A stretch of 63,785 nucleotides of DNA, counting the filler, from Octopus bimaculoides (Eukaryota), in assembly GCF_001194135.2 (NCBI RefSeq). It is 5 parts of 5 records of this genome, joined end to end, with 100 filler letters (N's around TTAATTAATTAA, not from the genome) between each part and the next. Parts side by side here need not be neighbours in the genome. Positions count along the whole stretch, not along the records: positions 1 to 5,892 come from NC_068987.1; positions 5,993 to 21,773 come from NC_068986.1; 3 more parts are not named here. One strand, given 5' to 3'. The notes below the pieces were generated by a model. It was not told the origin of the DNA, ran no database searches, and was given only the letters and a program-made list of their open reading frames with translations. Below are positions 1-11,590 of this stretch, one piece after another. Position numbers and translations under genes: made by a program. The first letter of the stretch is position 1. Each line of letters opens with the position of its first letter.

Positions 1-65
1 TGGTGGTGGTGGTGGTGGTGGAGGTGCTGCTGCTGCTACTACTACTACTACTACTACTACTACTG

Positions 66-114
<49 letters not shown>

Positions 115-217
115 TAGTAATAGTAATAATAATAAAACTGATACTATTATTATGACCACCACTGCCACTACCTCCAGCACTTGCATCACTGTAAATCTTC
201 CTTAAAAATGTATCTGA

Positions 218-255
<38 letters not shown>

Positions 256-313
256 TTACTACTGCTATTGCTACTAACTGCTGCTGCTGAAGGAACAAGA
301 GTGGAATATAAGA

Positions 314-352
<39 letters not shown>
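1..352. repeat. Compound trinucleotide microsatellites (TGG, TGC, TAC, TAA, TAT)
   Basis: Direct reading. Confidence 0.95.
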
Positions 353-357
<5 letters not shown>

Positions 358-734
358 TTCATTCAAATTCCGCCGAGGTCGACTTTGCCTTTCATCCTTT
401 CGGGGTTGGTAGATTAAGTACCAGTAAAAAACACTGGGGGTTGATGTAAACAACTAGTCCCCTTCCCCAAAATGGCTGCCATTGTGGCAAAATTTGAAAC
501 CATTATTACCATCATCATCATCATCATCATCATCATCATTATTATTACTATCATTATCATTATTATTCATTCAAATTCCTCCGAGGTCGACTTTGCTTTT
601 CATCTTTATGAGACTGATGAAATAAGTATCATTTATGTACTAGGGTCAATATAATTGACTAGCCCCCACCCCAAAATTTTAGGCCATGTGCTTTTAGTAA
701 GAAGCATTATTATTATTATTATTGTTGTTGTTGC

Positions 735-1552
735 TGTTGAGTGAGAGAGCAGTGCATGCCATCAAAGTGATACTGGGGTACAAGTATACGAAGCCCAGTA
801 TACCCATCATGACTACCCGTCTGATAAGGGTACACCAGGCACATGCATCACAACCATATGTGCGCGACATGGTGGTCTCATATCAAGGTAAACAGCGCAT
901 GACCTTTCAGGTGGGGCCTATTTAGAGTTTTCTTGAAGGTTCTTGAATAAGGGTTGTTTAAGGATGTTGAACAAAACACCCATGTTTCCAAAGGTGAATT
1001 ATCCAAACCCCAAAGAACTCCTCTCAACACATGGCTATGATGCTGCCCCACTACTTCTGCTCATGATCAGAGATGCACATATTGTCAGTTGCTAAGGGAC
1101 ATGCTCAACTGGTTAAGGTCAAACAACTGACAAGCAAATCTGTGGTATTGAGCAGAATATTTACTGTAGCCCATCTTTTATACCAAGACAAAACAACGTC
1201 CATGATAACACTTGCAATCAATTAAGATCAGAAGCCATGAGAGCCACTGCCTGGTACTGCATCAGGGTATTTATTATTATTGTTGTTGTTGTTGTTATTA
1301 TTATCAAAAGGTTCTTGTTTAAGGTTGTTGAATGAAACACCCATGTTTCCAGAAGTGAATTATTCAAACCCCAAAGAATTCCCCTCAACATATGGCTATG
1401 ATGCTCCCTAACTACTTCTGCTCATGATCAGAGATGTACATATCGTCAGCCACCAAGGGACATGCTCAACCAGTTAAATTTCAAGCAACTGACAAGCATA
1501 TCTGTGGTATTAAGCAGAATATTTGCTGCAGCCCATCTTTTATACCAAGACA
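735..1552 (+). mobile_element. Repeat family D: one long copy (735-1265) and a partial second copy (1305-1552)
   Basis: Shared atcagagatgcacatattgtcag..gggacatgctcaac..cccatcttttataccaagac. A reverse copy lies at 18290-18455. Confidence 0.75.
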
Positions 1553-1556
1553 ATTA

Positions 1557-1758
1557 TTATTATTGTGGTGGTAGTGGTGGTGGTGGTGGTGGTGATAATT
1601 GGTGGTGATTATAGTGATGATAACGACAACGACAATGATGACAATGCTGATGATGACGACGATGATGATGACGATGATGATGATGATGACAACGATGATG
1701 ATGATGATGACGATGATGATGATGATGACGACGATGATGATGACGATGATGATGATGA
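1557..1758. repeat. (GGT)n/(GAT)n microsatellite
   Basis: Direct reading. Confidence 0.95.
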
Positions 1759-3594
1759 GTGTGTGTGTTTCATTCCAGACACAACCCGTGTTCCTGTTTT
1801 ATTATTTTCTTCCTTTTTCTTTTTTTTTTTGTGAGTATTCCAAATTCTTCATATTTTCGTATCGGTTTCTTTCTTACACTTTGTTTGCAATAATAAAGTT
1901 CCCTAAATCCATAAACAACGTTTCCAGCCTCTCACAGTCTCATTTGCCAACACTAGGAACACAACTACTGTCAGTGCTGCTTCTTATAAAACGGTCGAAT
2001 GTTTTTTTTTTTTTGTTTTTGTAGACTTTTTATGCCAAAGATTTTCTGCCCGTTAGGCTTCCATGTCAGCAGTAACTTCTTCATTTGTTTTGCTGTGGTC
2101 AATGGAGATGCTAAATTTATTTCGGTTCTTGAAAATGAAGCTGAGAAGATCTAGAAACTAACTGCCAAAGAATCTAACACAAAAATAAGAAAAATCTTTA
2201 ATAATAAAGATGGTTCTAGAACACGGTCAGGTTTTTAAAGAAACATGTAAAAAATTAAAAATTGTTCCCCATACATATCAATTATCATCATCATCATCAT
2301 CATCAATGTCGTTGATGCATGCTTTAGCTTTGTTACTATGGAAACAGTCCGGATACTTATTGATCAGACCACATATAAGCATAGAGATATTTATATCATC
2401 ATCATCATCATCATCGTTTAACGTCCGCTTTCCATGCTAGCATGGGTTGGACGATTTGACTGAGGACTGGTGAAACCGGATGGCAACACCAGGCTCCAGT
2501 CTGACTTGGCAGAGTTTCTACAGCTGGATGCCCTTCCTAACGCCAACCACTCAGAGAGTGTAGTGGGTGCTTTTACGTGTCACCCGCACGAAAACGGCCA
2601 CGCTCGAAATGGTGTCTTTTATGTGCCNNNNNNNNNNNNNNNNNNNNNNNNNNNNNNNNNNNNNNNNNNNNNNNNNNNNNNNNNNNNNNNNNNNNNNNNN
2701 NNNNNNNNNNNNNNNNNNNNNNNNNNNNNNNNNNNNNNNNNNNNNNNNNNNNNNNNNNNNNNNNNNNNNNNNNNNNNNNNNNNNNNNNNNNNNNNNNNNN
2801 NNNNNNNNNNNNNNNNNNNNNNNNNNNNNNNNNNNNNNNNNNNNNNNNNNNNNNNNNNNNNNNNNNNNNNNNNNNNNNNNNNNNNNNNNNNNNNNNNNNN
2901 NNNNNNNNNNNNNNNNNNNNNNNNNNNNNNNNNNNNNNNNNNNNNNNNNNNNNNNNNNNNNNNNNNNNNNNNNNNNNNNNNNNNNNNNNNNNNNNNNNNN
3001 NNNNNNNNNNNNNNNNNNNNNNNNNNNNNNNNNNNNNNNNNNNNNNNNNNNNNNNNNNNNNNNNNNNNNNNNNNNNNNNNNNNNNNNNNNNNNNNNNNNN
3101 NNNNNNNNNNNNNNNNNNNNNNNNNNNNNNNNNNNNNNNNNNNNNNNTTTGCTAGCATAGTCGAATGTACTACTGGAATATCATACCGATGACGGAAATT
3201 GAATATTATCGTTCATAATCCAGAAACGCGTCTATGATTAACTTTAAATGGTTAGTTTTCATTGTTTTTTCTTCTTGTTTTTGCCTTTGTGAGTTACAAG
3301 TAATGCTATCTGTTGGAGTCTCAGCTTTTTTAGCTGCTATTTCTGAACTTCGGTATATGGTGAAGCAAATGCTTGCTGATCCCTTAATTATGTTTATAAA
3401 TATATATATATATATATATATATACGCAACAGATAGACCTACATGGGGTACAAAGAATACAGAAAACTAAGGGGAGAAGGAACAGGTATTTTAAGTCCGA
3501 CAGCTGTTTCTGGGAGCTCAGAATTATGTGATAGTTGTATTGAATTATGGCAACGTTATGGATACATTCATCTTTCCACACAATTTCACTCACC

Positions 3595-3885
3595 TTGGAG
3601 GCCTACATCAAATGCCCGGAGGAGGTAGTGCTTCCCTGGGTCAAGAGGGTGGCTGCTAGAAGACCCTATGTCTGGCAACTGGACCCTGCACCATGCCACA
3701 CAAGCAAGAGAACCCAGTTATGACTGTCAGGCAATTTCTGAAACTGCATCACCCCAAACATCTGGCCACCTAACTCCCCAGACTGCAACCTCCTCGATTA
3801 TTATGTGTGGAGCGCAGTTGAGCAAGAGACCAACGAAACTCTTTGCAACACCAAAGATGAACTGAAGGCAAGGATTATGGCAGCA
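3595..3885 (+). mobile_element. Decayed maT-type (DD37D) Tc1/mariner transposase fragment
   Basis: Single frame LEAYIKCPEEVVLPWVKRVAARRPYVWQLD-PAPCH...WPPNSPDCNLLD-YYVWSAVE with 37 residues between the last two Asp. Two internal stops; runs into an N gap. Confidence 0.82.
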
Positions 3886-4278
3886 NNNNNNNNNNNNNNN
3901 NNNNNNNNNNNNNNNNNNNNNNNNNNNNNNNNNNNNNNNNNNNNNNNNNNNNNNNNNNNNNNNNNNNNNNNNNNNNNNNNNNNNNGCTAGCATGGAAAGC
4001 GGACGTTAAGCGACAATGATGATGATGATGGTGATATATATGTATGCATGTATATTTAATAGCAGTTTGACTCCACCCCTCATCACTTAATGCTTTGTGG
4101 GTGTAGAACATGTTCCCCCTCATCAGATGTATTAACACACACACACACATATATACACACACATAAACATACATAGACACATATCTATATATATATGTAT
4201 GTATATATATGTGTGTGTGTGCATGGTATATGTATGCATAGAAGCATGCATATATGTATGTGTGTGTGTGTATGTATG

Positions 4279-4337
<59 letters not shown>

Positions 4338-4377
4338 ATACATATGCATATCAATATATATATGTGTGTGTGTGTGT

Positions 4378-4412
<35 letters not shown>

Positions 4413-5026
4413 TGTCTACATGTGTATATATGTATATATATATATATATGTATGTATGTATATATGTATGTATGTGTCCATCAATTTATCTCCATCTATA
4501 TCTAGCCCAGCCAGTCTCATTTACCCACATACACATTCACTTAGCCTTAATCAAGAATGATGCACAGATAAATAATATTTATTTTTGACAGGACCATTTT
4601 TGTAGCAATAACTCGCCCATAACAATGCCGAGCACGTAATAATGACGGTGCTAAAATATATCAAAGACTAATATTAAATTTCCTTCATAATTTTAATAAC
4701 CAACTGATAAAATGTAGAGAAATCTTCAAAGTAGAATTTCATTGTTAATATATCTGTAGGAAAATGATATGATGTAACTGCTCGTTATGGTTAATTAGGA
4801 GAAATGTCTATGAAAATAAAATAGTAATATTAGTATTTTTGTGGTTTTGTTTACTTCTGTCATTAGCATAAGTAAATGAATAATTTAAATAAATAATTCT
4901 GTTTGCTTTTCTACTTTTTTGCTCTTAATTTTCATTTGTTCATTATTACTATTTACATAATTATTATTATTATTCATTCAGTGCGTGCGTTTATTACCAG
5001 CATAATGCCTCTCCCAAGGTTTAATT

Positions 5027-5064
<38 letters not shown>

Positions 5065-5154
5065 TTGTTTTAGTTGAATATGCAAAATCTGTAAAATATT
5101 GATAAATATTAATAATTTCAAACTATTTATATTTTGCACTCATAAGTGGAATAT

Positions 5155-5820
5155 ATAAGGCAGTGAGTTGGTAGTAACATTAGCATGCTGGGTGGTATTT
5201 CGTCAGTCTTTATGTTCTGAGTTCAAATTCCACCAAGGTCGACTTTGCCTTTCATCCTTTCAGGGTCGATAAATTAAGCACCAGTTGCATACTGGGGTTG
5301 ATCTAACTGACTGGCCCTTTCTCCAAAAATTTTGGGCCTTGTGCCTAAAGTAGAAAACAATACCAATGGTTTCAAATTTTGGCACAAGGCCAGCAATTTT
5401 AGGGATCAGGGTAAGATGGTTACTTTGATTCCAGTGTTCAACTGGTCCTTATTTTATCAACCCTGAAAGGATGAAAGGCAAAGTCGACCTTGGCAGAATT
5501 TGAACTCAGAATGTAAGGACAAGTGAAATGCTGCTAAAGCATTTTGTCCAGTGTGCTAATGATTCTTGCTAGCTCATCACCTTTATTCGACAAATAATAA
5601 TCCTTCTTACTCTTGGGAGAAGACTTGAAATTTTGAAGGAAGAAGGCTAATTGATTACATTGGCTCCAATACTCAAATGGTACTTATTTTATCAACCCCT
5701 GAAAGGATGAGATGCAAAATCAACCTAAACGGAATTTGAACTCAAATTGTAAAAGCGGGTGAAATGCTACTAGGCATTTTGTCCAGCATACTAATGATTC
5801 TGCCAAGTCATCACCTTTAT
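5155..5820. mobile_element. SINE family A cluster: one + copy (5155-5360) followed by two - copies
   Basis: Core gagttcaaatt..gtcgactttgcctttcatcctttcggggtcgataaattaagtaccagt. Other copies at ~358-500(+), 568-715(+), 8722-8965(-), 11795-12080, 23270-23345, 61430-61650(+). Confidence 0.85.
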
Positions 5821-5854
5821 CTGAGTAAAAATAATAAAAGAAGTGAAACACAAC

Positions 5855-5892
<38 letters not shown>

Positions 5893-5992
5893 NNNNNNNN
5901 NNNNNNNNNNNNNNNNNNNNNNNNNNNNNNNNNNNNTTAATTAATTAANNNNNNNNNNNNNNNNNNNNNNNNNNNNNNNNNNNNNNNNNNNN
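5893..5992. other. Scaffold-join spacer (44 N + TTAATTAATTAA + 44 N)
   Basis: Exact 100-bp structure repeated four times in the window. The 12-mer has stop codons in all six frames. Confidence 0.92.
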
Positions 5993-6026
<34 letters not shown>

Positions 6027-6422
6027 AACACATACACACATTGTACAAGTGCAGAAGACAAGCAGACCGAAGATAGTCCTCAGTATATATATGGCCAAGT
6101 AATTGTGTATGTCGCCATATTTACGCCTTTCTACTTGGTGCATGTTGTTTATGTACATACCAATATAAGTTTGTATGCATATATGTATGCAGATACCTAT
6201 ATACATACATATCTTTTTGTAGAGTGGCATATGAGCTTCACGATCTAAATTTCGCCACAAGTATTTTTAGTAAAAACTTATGAATTAAATAAAGCATATA
6301 AAAGTTATAACGAAATTCAATATATTTACTTATATATTTTAATGTTTCAGTAATATATTTTACTTCAAATATGTTTAAGTATCGATATTGTAAGTGTGAT
6401 AGTATGTGCGTAGATGTGTGAG

Positions 6423-6460
<38 letters not shown>

Positions 6461-6560
6461 NNNNNNNNNNNNNNNNNNNNNNNNNNNNNNNNNNNNNNNN
6501 NNNNNNNNNNNNNNNNNNNNNNNNNNNNNNNNNNNNNNNNNNNNNNNNNNNNNNNNNNNN

Positions 6561-7267
6561 CATAACGTATACTGAGTGTACAGCCGGATGGGAGACAAAC
6601 ACAGACGGTCCCTAATTCTTCATCAGTTATCGACCTTGCCTTCATTATTTCCCCTTTTCTTTCTCTCATCCCCTCACTTCAATTCTAGCCTTTCCAATTT
6701 CTCCTTTTCTCACCTCTCACTGCAATTCTAGCCTTTCTACTTTCTTCTTTTGTCTCTCTCTCCCTTTTGTATTCCTAGCCTTTCACTTTTTTCTCCCTTC
6801 ATCCTTTCCCTTTATTCTCTTTGTCGACCTTTCTCCTTCTCTCTTGCTGTCTTTCTCCTCTACCTACTGCTGTCACGTGACCCGCGGCCAGCTTTCCCCC
6901 TTTTTCACACTGGTCCCGTAACTGACCAGTCGCAAATTCTCTGTCTCTCCACCCTCTGTCCTTTAGGGTATCTTCTAAGCGTTACCCACTATTCTTGTCT
7001 TCTTGGCCCGAAGGCCGTGTTTTGCTCGTCTGTTCATCCTCGTCCACCGTTCTAAACTACACTCTGTATTGTTTTGCTTTGTTTTGTTTGCTCTCGGCCC
7101 TGAATTCTCTGCAAAAGAATTTTTGCGGGCACCGCCAATATGGGAACCCCTCAGTCTTATCATTAATTGTGCGAAACTGAGTATTACCAATTGGTTGAGA
7201 ACTAATGAAGAATTAGGGACCTTCTGTGTTTGTCTCCCGTCCGGCTGTACACTTAATATATGTTATG
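6561..7267. mobile_element. Element bounded by ~70-bp inverted termini (Penelope-like inverted remnant or fold-back element)
   Basis: cataacgtatactgagtgtacagccggatgggagacaaacacagacggtccctaattcttcat (from 6561) is the near reverse complement of 7200-7267. The interior is pyrimidine-rich. Confidence 0.6.
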
Positions 7268-7302
7268 TCGTTTGTTTATTTATCACACATTTTTACATTT
7301 AT

Positions 7303-7367
<65 letters not shown>

Positions 7368-7615
7368 GATCATAACAAATATAATAGTTCTATTTTAACT
7401 TTTTTGTGGATTTCTAAAACGTCACACTATTGATTAAATGCAATGTTGAGAACATATAAATCAGCTTGCTGTGTGTGCTGAATGAGCTGAGGGTGTCTTC
7501 AGGCCATAGCAATAATTGACTGTAAAGTCTCATCCATTAGAGAAATAATGATTGATTGAACTATTTTCACCTGCATTTTCGTTTCTTTTTGTATCAGGAT
7601 TATCACTTATCTTCA

Positions 7616-7961
7616 TAAAGCATGGCCTAGACGTAGCAAGTTTCCCTTCCCAGCTCGAGCCAGCGAGGCTAGACCGAGTAAATGGTAATAGGCCGGACTG
7701 TAAGAAGAATTTCCCGTTCCGAAGCGGTAGGCCTCTCATCTGGGATTCCAGATGCTGTGACACTTTCTCCAGCGGTGACCTGGTGTTGTCAGCTACCAGT
7801 CGAGGCTCCGCTCTTCGTCAGACTGAGATAAACAAACTGTTAAGGAATCGGTCGCTCTTCGACAGGTTTATGGTCGAGCCTCCGGCGTTCTTCGTGAAAT
7901 GACAAATGTCATTCTATGATTTTATCTAAGAGTTTAATGATATCTACTTAACTTCACATAA
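7616..7961 (+). mobile_element. 5'-truncated CRE-like non-LTR retrotransposon (restriction-like endonuclease domain)
   Basis: IKHGLDVASFPSQLEP..DRVNGNRPD....PFRSGRPLIWD..CCDT...EINKLL...LFDRF..EP.AF aligns by eye to the LEP..R.DG.RPD..PW..G..L.WD...DT..E..K..Y RLE motif. Flanked by a 14-bp direct repeat ATCACTTATCTTCA (7602-7615, 7962-7975). Confidence 0.72.
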
Positions 7962-8354
7962 ATCACTTATCTTCAGGTGTCGTATTTGTACACGCGTTCA
8001 CAAATCACGTGTTTCTTTCGGGCAAGACTTAACTTTTGTGAATCCAAAAGTTATTGTCTATTTTTTAAACATGGTTCTATGATTCTATTAAAGCAATAAG
8101 TATTTATATAAAGTAGGAAATGTAACATAGTCTGCAAAATACTGACAAATATAGTAATAACTATAAATTATAGTATAGTGAAATATTCTGCAATATTATA
8201 TTGTACAGCACTGTTGTTCAATAACTAGTTTACAGTGGGAATAATTGCATCAATTCATTTCTAGCACGTTATTTTGATGAATTTCCAAAAGTTTACGACC
8301 AACGTTGCATTATTTTATGAAACAACTCTTCGCAATTTTTAAACCGTAGAGTTA

Positions 8355-8587
8355 TTAAACCCTGTAACATTTAAACCTTTCATATCCGGCTCAAATATTT
8401 CAGCTGTTTTATGTTAAAACTGGACAAACCTAGCCTCACACTTATTCTATAATATTATAAAAATAAGCAATCGCTTTATCCAATCTCAAAGCTGAAAGAT
8501 AATGCATGATTATTTTAAAACAATGTGGATGAATTCAAAACAATGTGAAGTACGTTTGACAGAGTAATCTAAATGCTGAAGAGTTAA
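8355..8587. mobile_element. TTAA-bounded MITE (piggyBac-like)
   Basis: Degenerate TIRs ttaaaccctgtaacattta / taaatgctgaagagttaa. Confidence 0.4.
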
Positions 8588-9834
8588 AGTTTCTGTTTAA
8601 AATAGTATTCAATATATTATTTTCATTCGACAGACTTATTGTAGAATAACCATTAGTAGATATGAAAAAGGAGTTGTTTCAAAGTTCCGCGAAGATACTT
8701 GCTTGAGAAAGAATACTACTCAAATATTGGTTTCAAATTTCGGCACAAGGCCACTAGTTTCGAGCTGGTGAGGGGAAGAATCGATTATATCGATGCCAGT
8801 GTTCAACTGGACATTGCCTTCCATCCTTTCGAGGTCAATAAAATTATCGACTCGAAAGGATGGAAGACAATGTCAACTTCGGCGGAATTCGGACTTAAAA
8901 CGTAAAGACGAACGGAAATATCTGCAAAGCATTTTGCCCGGCGTGCTGACCATTCTGCTAGCTCGCTCCTTTCAAAAAAGCATTTTGTCTGGTGGGTTAA
9001 TTACTTAGCCACACCGTGGTCGTATACTACTCAGATATTTAGATCATCACAATTTTAGCAATGCACAACCCCAGAAAAAATATATTTCACACAAATATGG
9101 AATGAAAGAAAAGAAATATAACAAATATACATCTCTAGTATCCCCAGTAAAACTAAACCCTTNNNNNNNNNNNNNNNNNNNNNNNNNNNNNNNNNNNNNN
9201 NNNNNNNNNNNNNNNNNNNNNNNNNNNNNNNNNNNNNNNNNNNNNNNNNNNNNNNNNNNNNNNNNNNNNNNNNNNNNNNNNNNNNNNNNNNNNNNNNNNN
9301 NNNNNNNNNNNNNNNNNNNNNNNNNNNNNNNNNNNNNNNNNNNNNNNNNNNNNNNNNNNNNNNNNNNNNNNNNNNNNNNNNNNNNNNNNNNNNNNNNNNN
9401 NNNNNNNNNNNNNNNNNNNNNNNNNNNNNNNNNNNNNNNNNNNNNNNNNNNNNNNNNNNNNNNNNNNNNNNNNNNNNNNNNNNNNNNNNNNNNNNNNNNN
9501 NNNNNNNNNNNNNNNNNNNNNNNNNNNNNNNNNNNNNNNNNNNNNNNNNNNTTATAAAGCAGATTTTTCAATATGCCATGTTTTTATAGCTCATACTCTA
9601 TCAATTACGGAAGAAGCACACAATCCGACACCTGGCGTCTCTGTCTCTCGAGATTTTAAGACAACTAGGTTTATTCTTGTTGATGGTGGAACATAACGGA
9701 TTAGGTCAGTGACATCTGAACAAAAGAAGCAAACTTTCAAAACTTTGAAAAACCTTGCGTAAGAAAAGTGAACATTTTTGTTGTTGCGGTTGAGTCATTT
9801 TGTTATCGTCATCATTGTTGTCATCGTCGTCGAT

Positions 9835-11590
9835 GTTGTTGTTGTTGTTCCTCTTCTTCTTCTTCTTCTTCTTCTTCTTTTTTCCTCCTCCCCCTCCTTC
9901 TCCCCTTCGCCTTTTTCTCCTCGTCCTCCTTCTCCTCTTCCTCTCCTCCTCGTCCTATTTCTACTTCTCCACCCCTTCTCCTCTTCTTCCTTCTCCTCCT
10001 TTTCCTTTTCCAACTCCCCTCCTCCTTCTCCATCTCCCTTCTTCCTCCTTCTGCTTCTCCTCCTTCTGCTCTTCATCCTTCTGCACCTTCTCCTATTCTT
10101 CTTCCTCCTCTTCTTTCTCCTTCTTCTGGTCTTCCTCCTCTTCTTTTTCCTCCCCTCCTCCTTCTCCTGCTCCTCCTCCTTCTCCTGCTCCCCCTTCATT
10201 CTCCTGCTCCTCCTGCTTTTTCTCTTCTTCTTCCTCCTCCTCCTGCACCTTCTGCTACACCTCCACCTTCTCCTATTCTTTTCCTTTCTCATCTTCCTTC
10301 TCCTCCTGAACTTCCTCCACTTTCTCCTATTTCTCTTCCTCCCCCTCATCGCCTCCTCCTCCTCACCTATTTTCCTCCACCTCCTCCTCCTCCTCCTACT
10401 TCTTCTTCTTCTTCTTCTTCTTCATCTTCTTCCTCCTCCTCCTCCTCCTCCTCTTCTTCCTCCTCTTCCTCCTTTTCTTCCTCCTCCTGTTCCTCCTCCT
10501 CTTTTCCTTTTCTTTCTCCTCCTTCTTCTGCTCCTCTTTTTNNNNNNNNNNNNNNNNNNNNNNNNNNNNNNNNNNNNNNNNNNNNNNNNNNNNNNNNNNN
10601 NNNNNNNNNNNNNNNNNNNNNNNNNNNNNNNNNNNNNNNNNNNNNNNNNNNNNNNNNNNNNNNNNNNNNNNNNNNNNNNNNNNNNNNNNNNNNNNNNNNN
10701 NNNNNNNNNNNNNNNNNNNNNNNNNNNNNNNNNNNNNNNNNNNNNNNNNNNNNNNNNNNNNNNNNNNNNNNNNNNNNNNNNNNNNNNNNNNNNNNNNNNN
10801 NNNNNNNNNNNNNNNNNNNNNNNNNNNNNNNNNNNNNNNNNNNNNNNNNNNNNNNNNNNNNNNNNNNNNNNNNNNNNNNNNNNNNNNNNNNNNNNNNNNN
10901 NNNNNNNNNNNNNNNNNNNNNNNNNNNNNNNNNNNNNNNNNNNNNNNNNNNNNNNNNNNNNNNNNNNNNNNNNNNNNNNNNNNNNNNNNNNNNNNNNNNN
11001 NNNNNNNNNNNNNNNNNNNNNNNNNNNNNNNNNNNNNNNNNNNNNNNNNNNNNNNNNNNNNNNNNNNNNNNNNNNNNNNNNNNNNNNNNNNNNNNNNNNN
11101 NNNNNNNNNNNNNNNNNNNNNNNNNNNNNNNNNNNNNNNNNNNNNNNNNNNNNNNNNNNNNNNNNNNNNNNNNNNNNNNNNNNNNNNNNNNNNNNNNNNN
11201 NNNNNNNNNNNNNNNNNNNNNNNNNNNNNNNNNNNNNNNNNNNNNNNNNNNNNNNNNNNNNNNNNNNNNNNNNNNNNNNNNNNNNNNNNNNNNNNNNNNN
11301 NNNNNNNNNNCTTCCTCCTCCTCTACCTCCTCCTCTTCCTCCTCCTCTTCCTCCTCCTCTTCCTCCTCCTCTTCCTCCTCCTCTTTTCCTTTTCTTTCTC
11401 CTCCTTCTTCTGCTCCTCTTTTTCCTCTTCCTTCTTTGCTTCCTCTTTCTCCTTCTCTTCCACTTTTTTCTCTTCCTCCTACTTTTCTTCCTACCCCTTC
11501 TTCTGCTCCTCTTTCTCTTTTTCTTCTTCTTCCTCCTTCTGCTCCCCCTCCTCCCCTCCCCTCTTCCTCTTGCTTCCTTTTTTTGCTTCC
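9835..11590. repeat. Polypyrimidine/polypurine (CTT/CCT)n low-complexity tract spanning a gap
   Basis: Almost only C/T on the + strand. Sequence on either side of the gap is duplicated, which may be an assembly overlap. Confidence 0.92.

Noticed and set aside
181-1834. Poly-Leu, poly-Ile, poly-Asp and poly-Met ORFs
   Set aside because: Trinucleotide microsatellites and SINE fragments.
5937-5948. Recurrent palindrome TTAATTAATTAA (PacI-like) as a biological motif
   Set aside because: It is always centred in 44 N + 44 N, so it is an assembly linker.
7552-7902. Secreted or neuropeptide precursor with a hydrophobic N-terminus
   Set aside because: Starts at TTG, the hydrophobic part is a T-rich tract, and the remainder matches an RLE retrotransposon domain.
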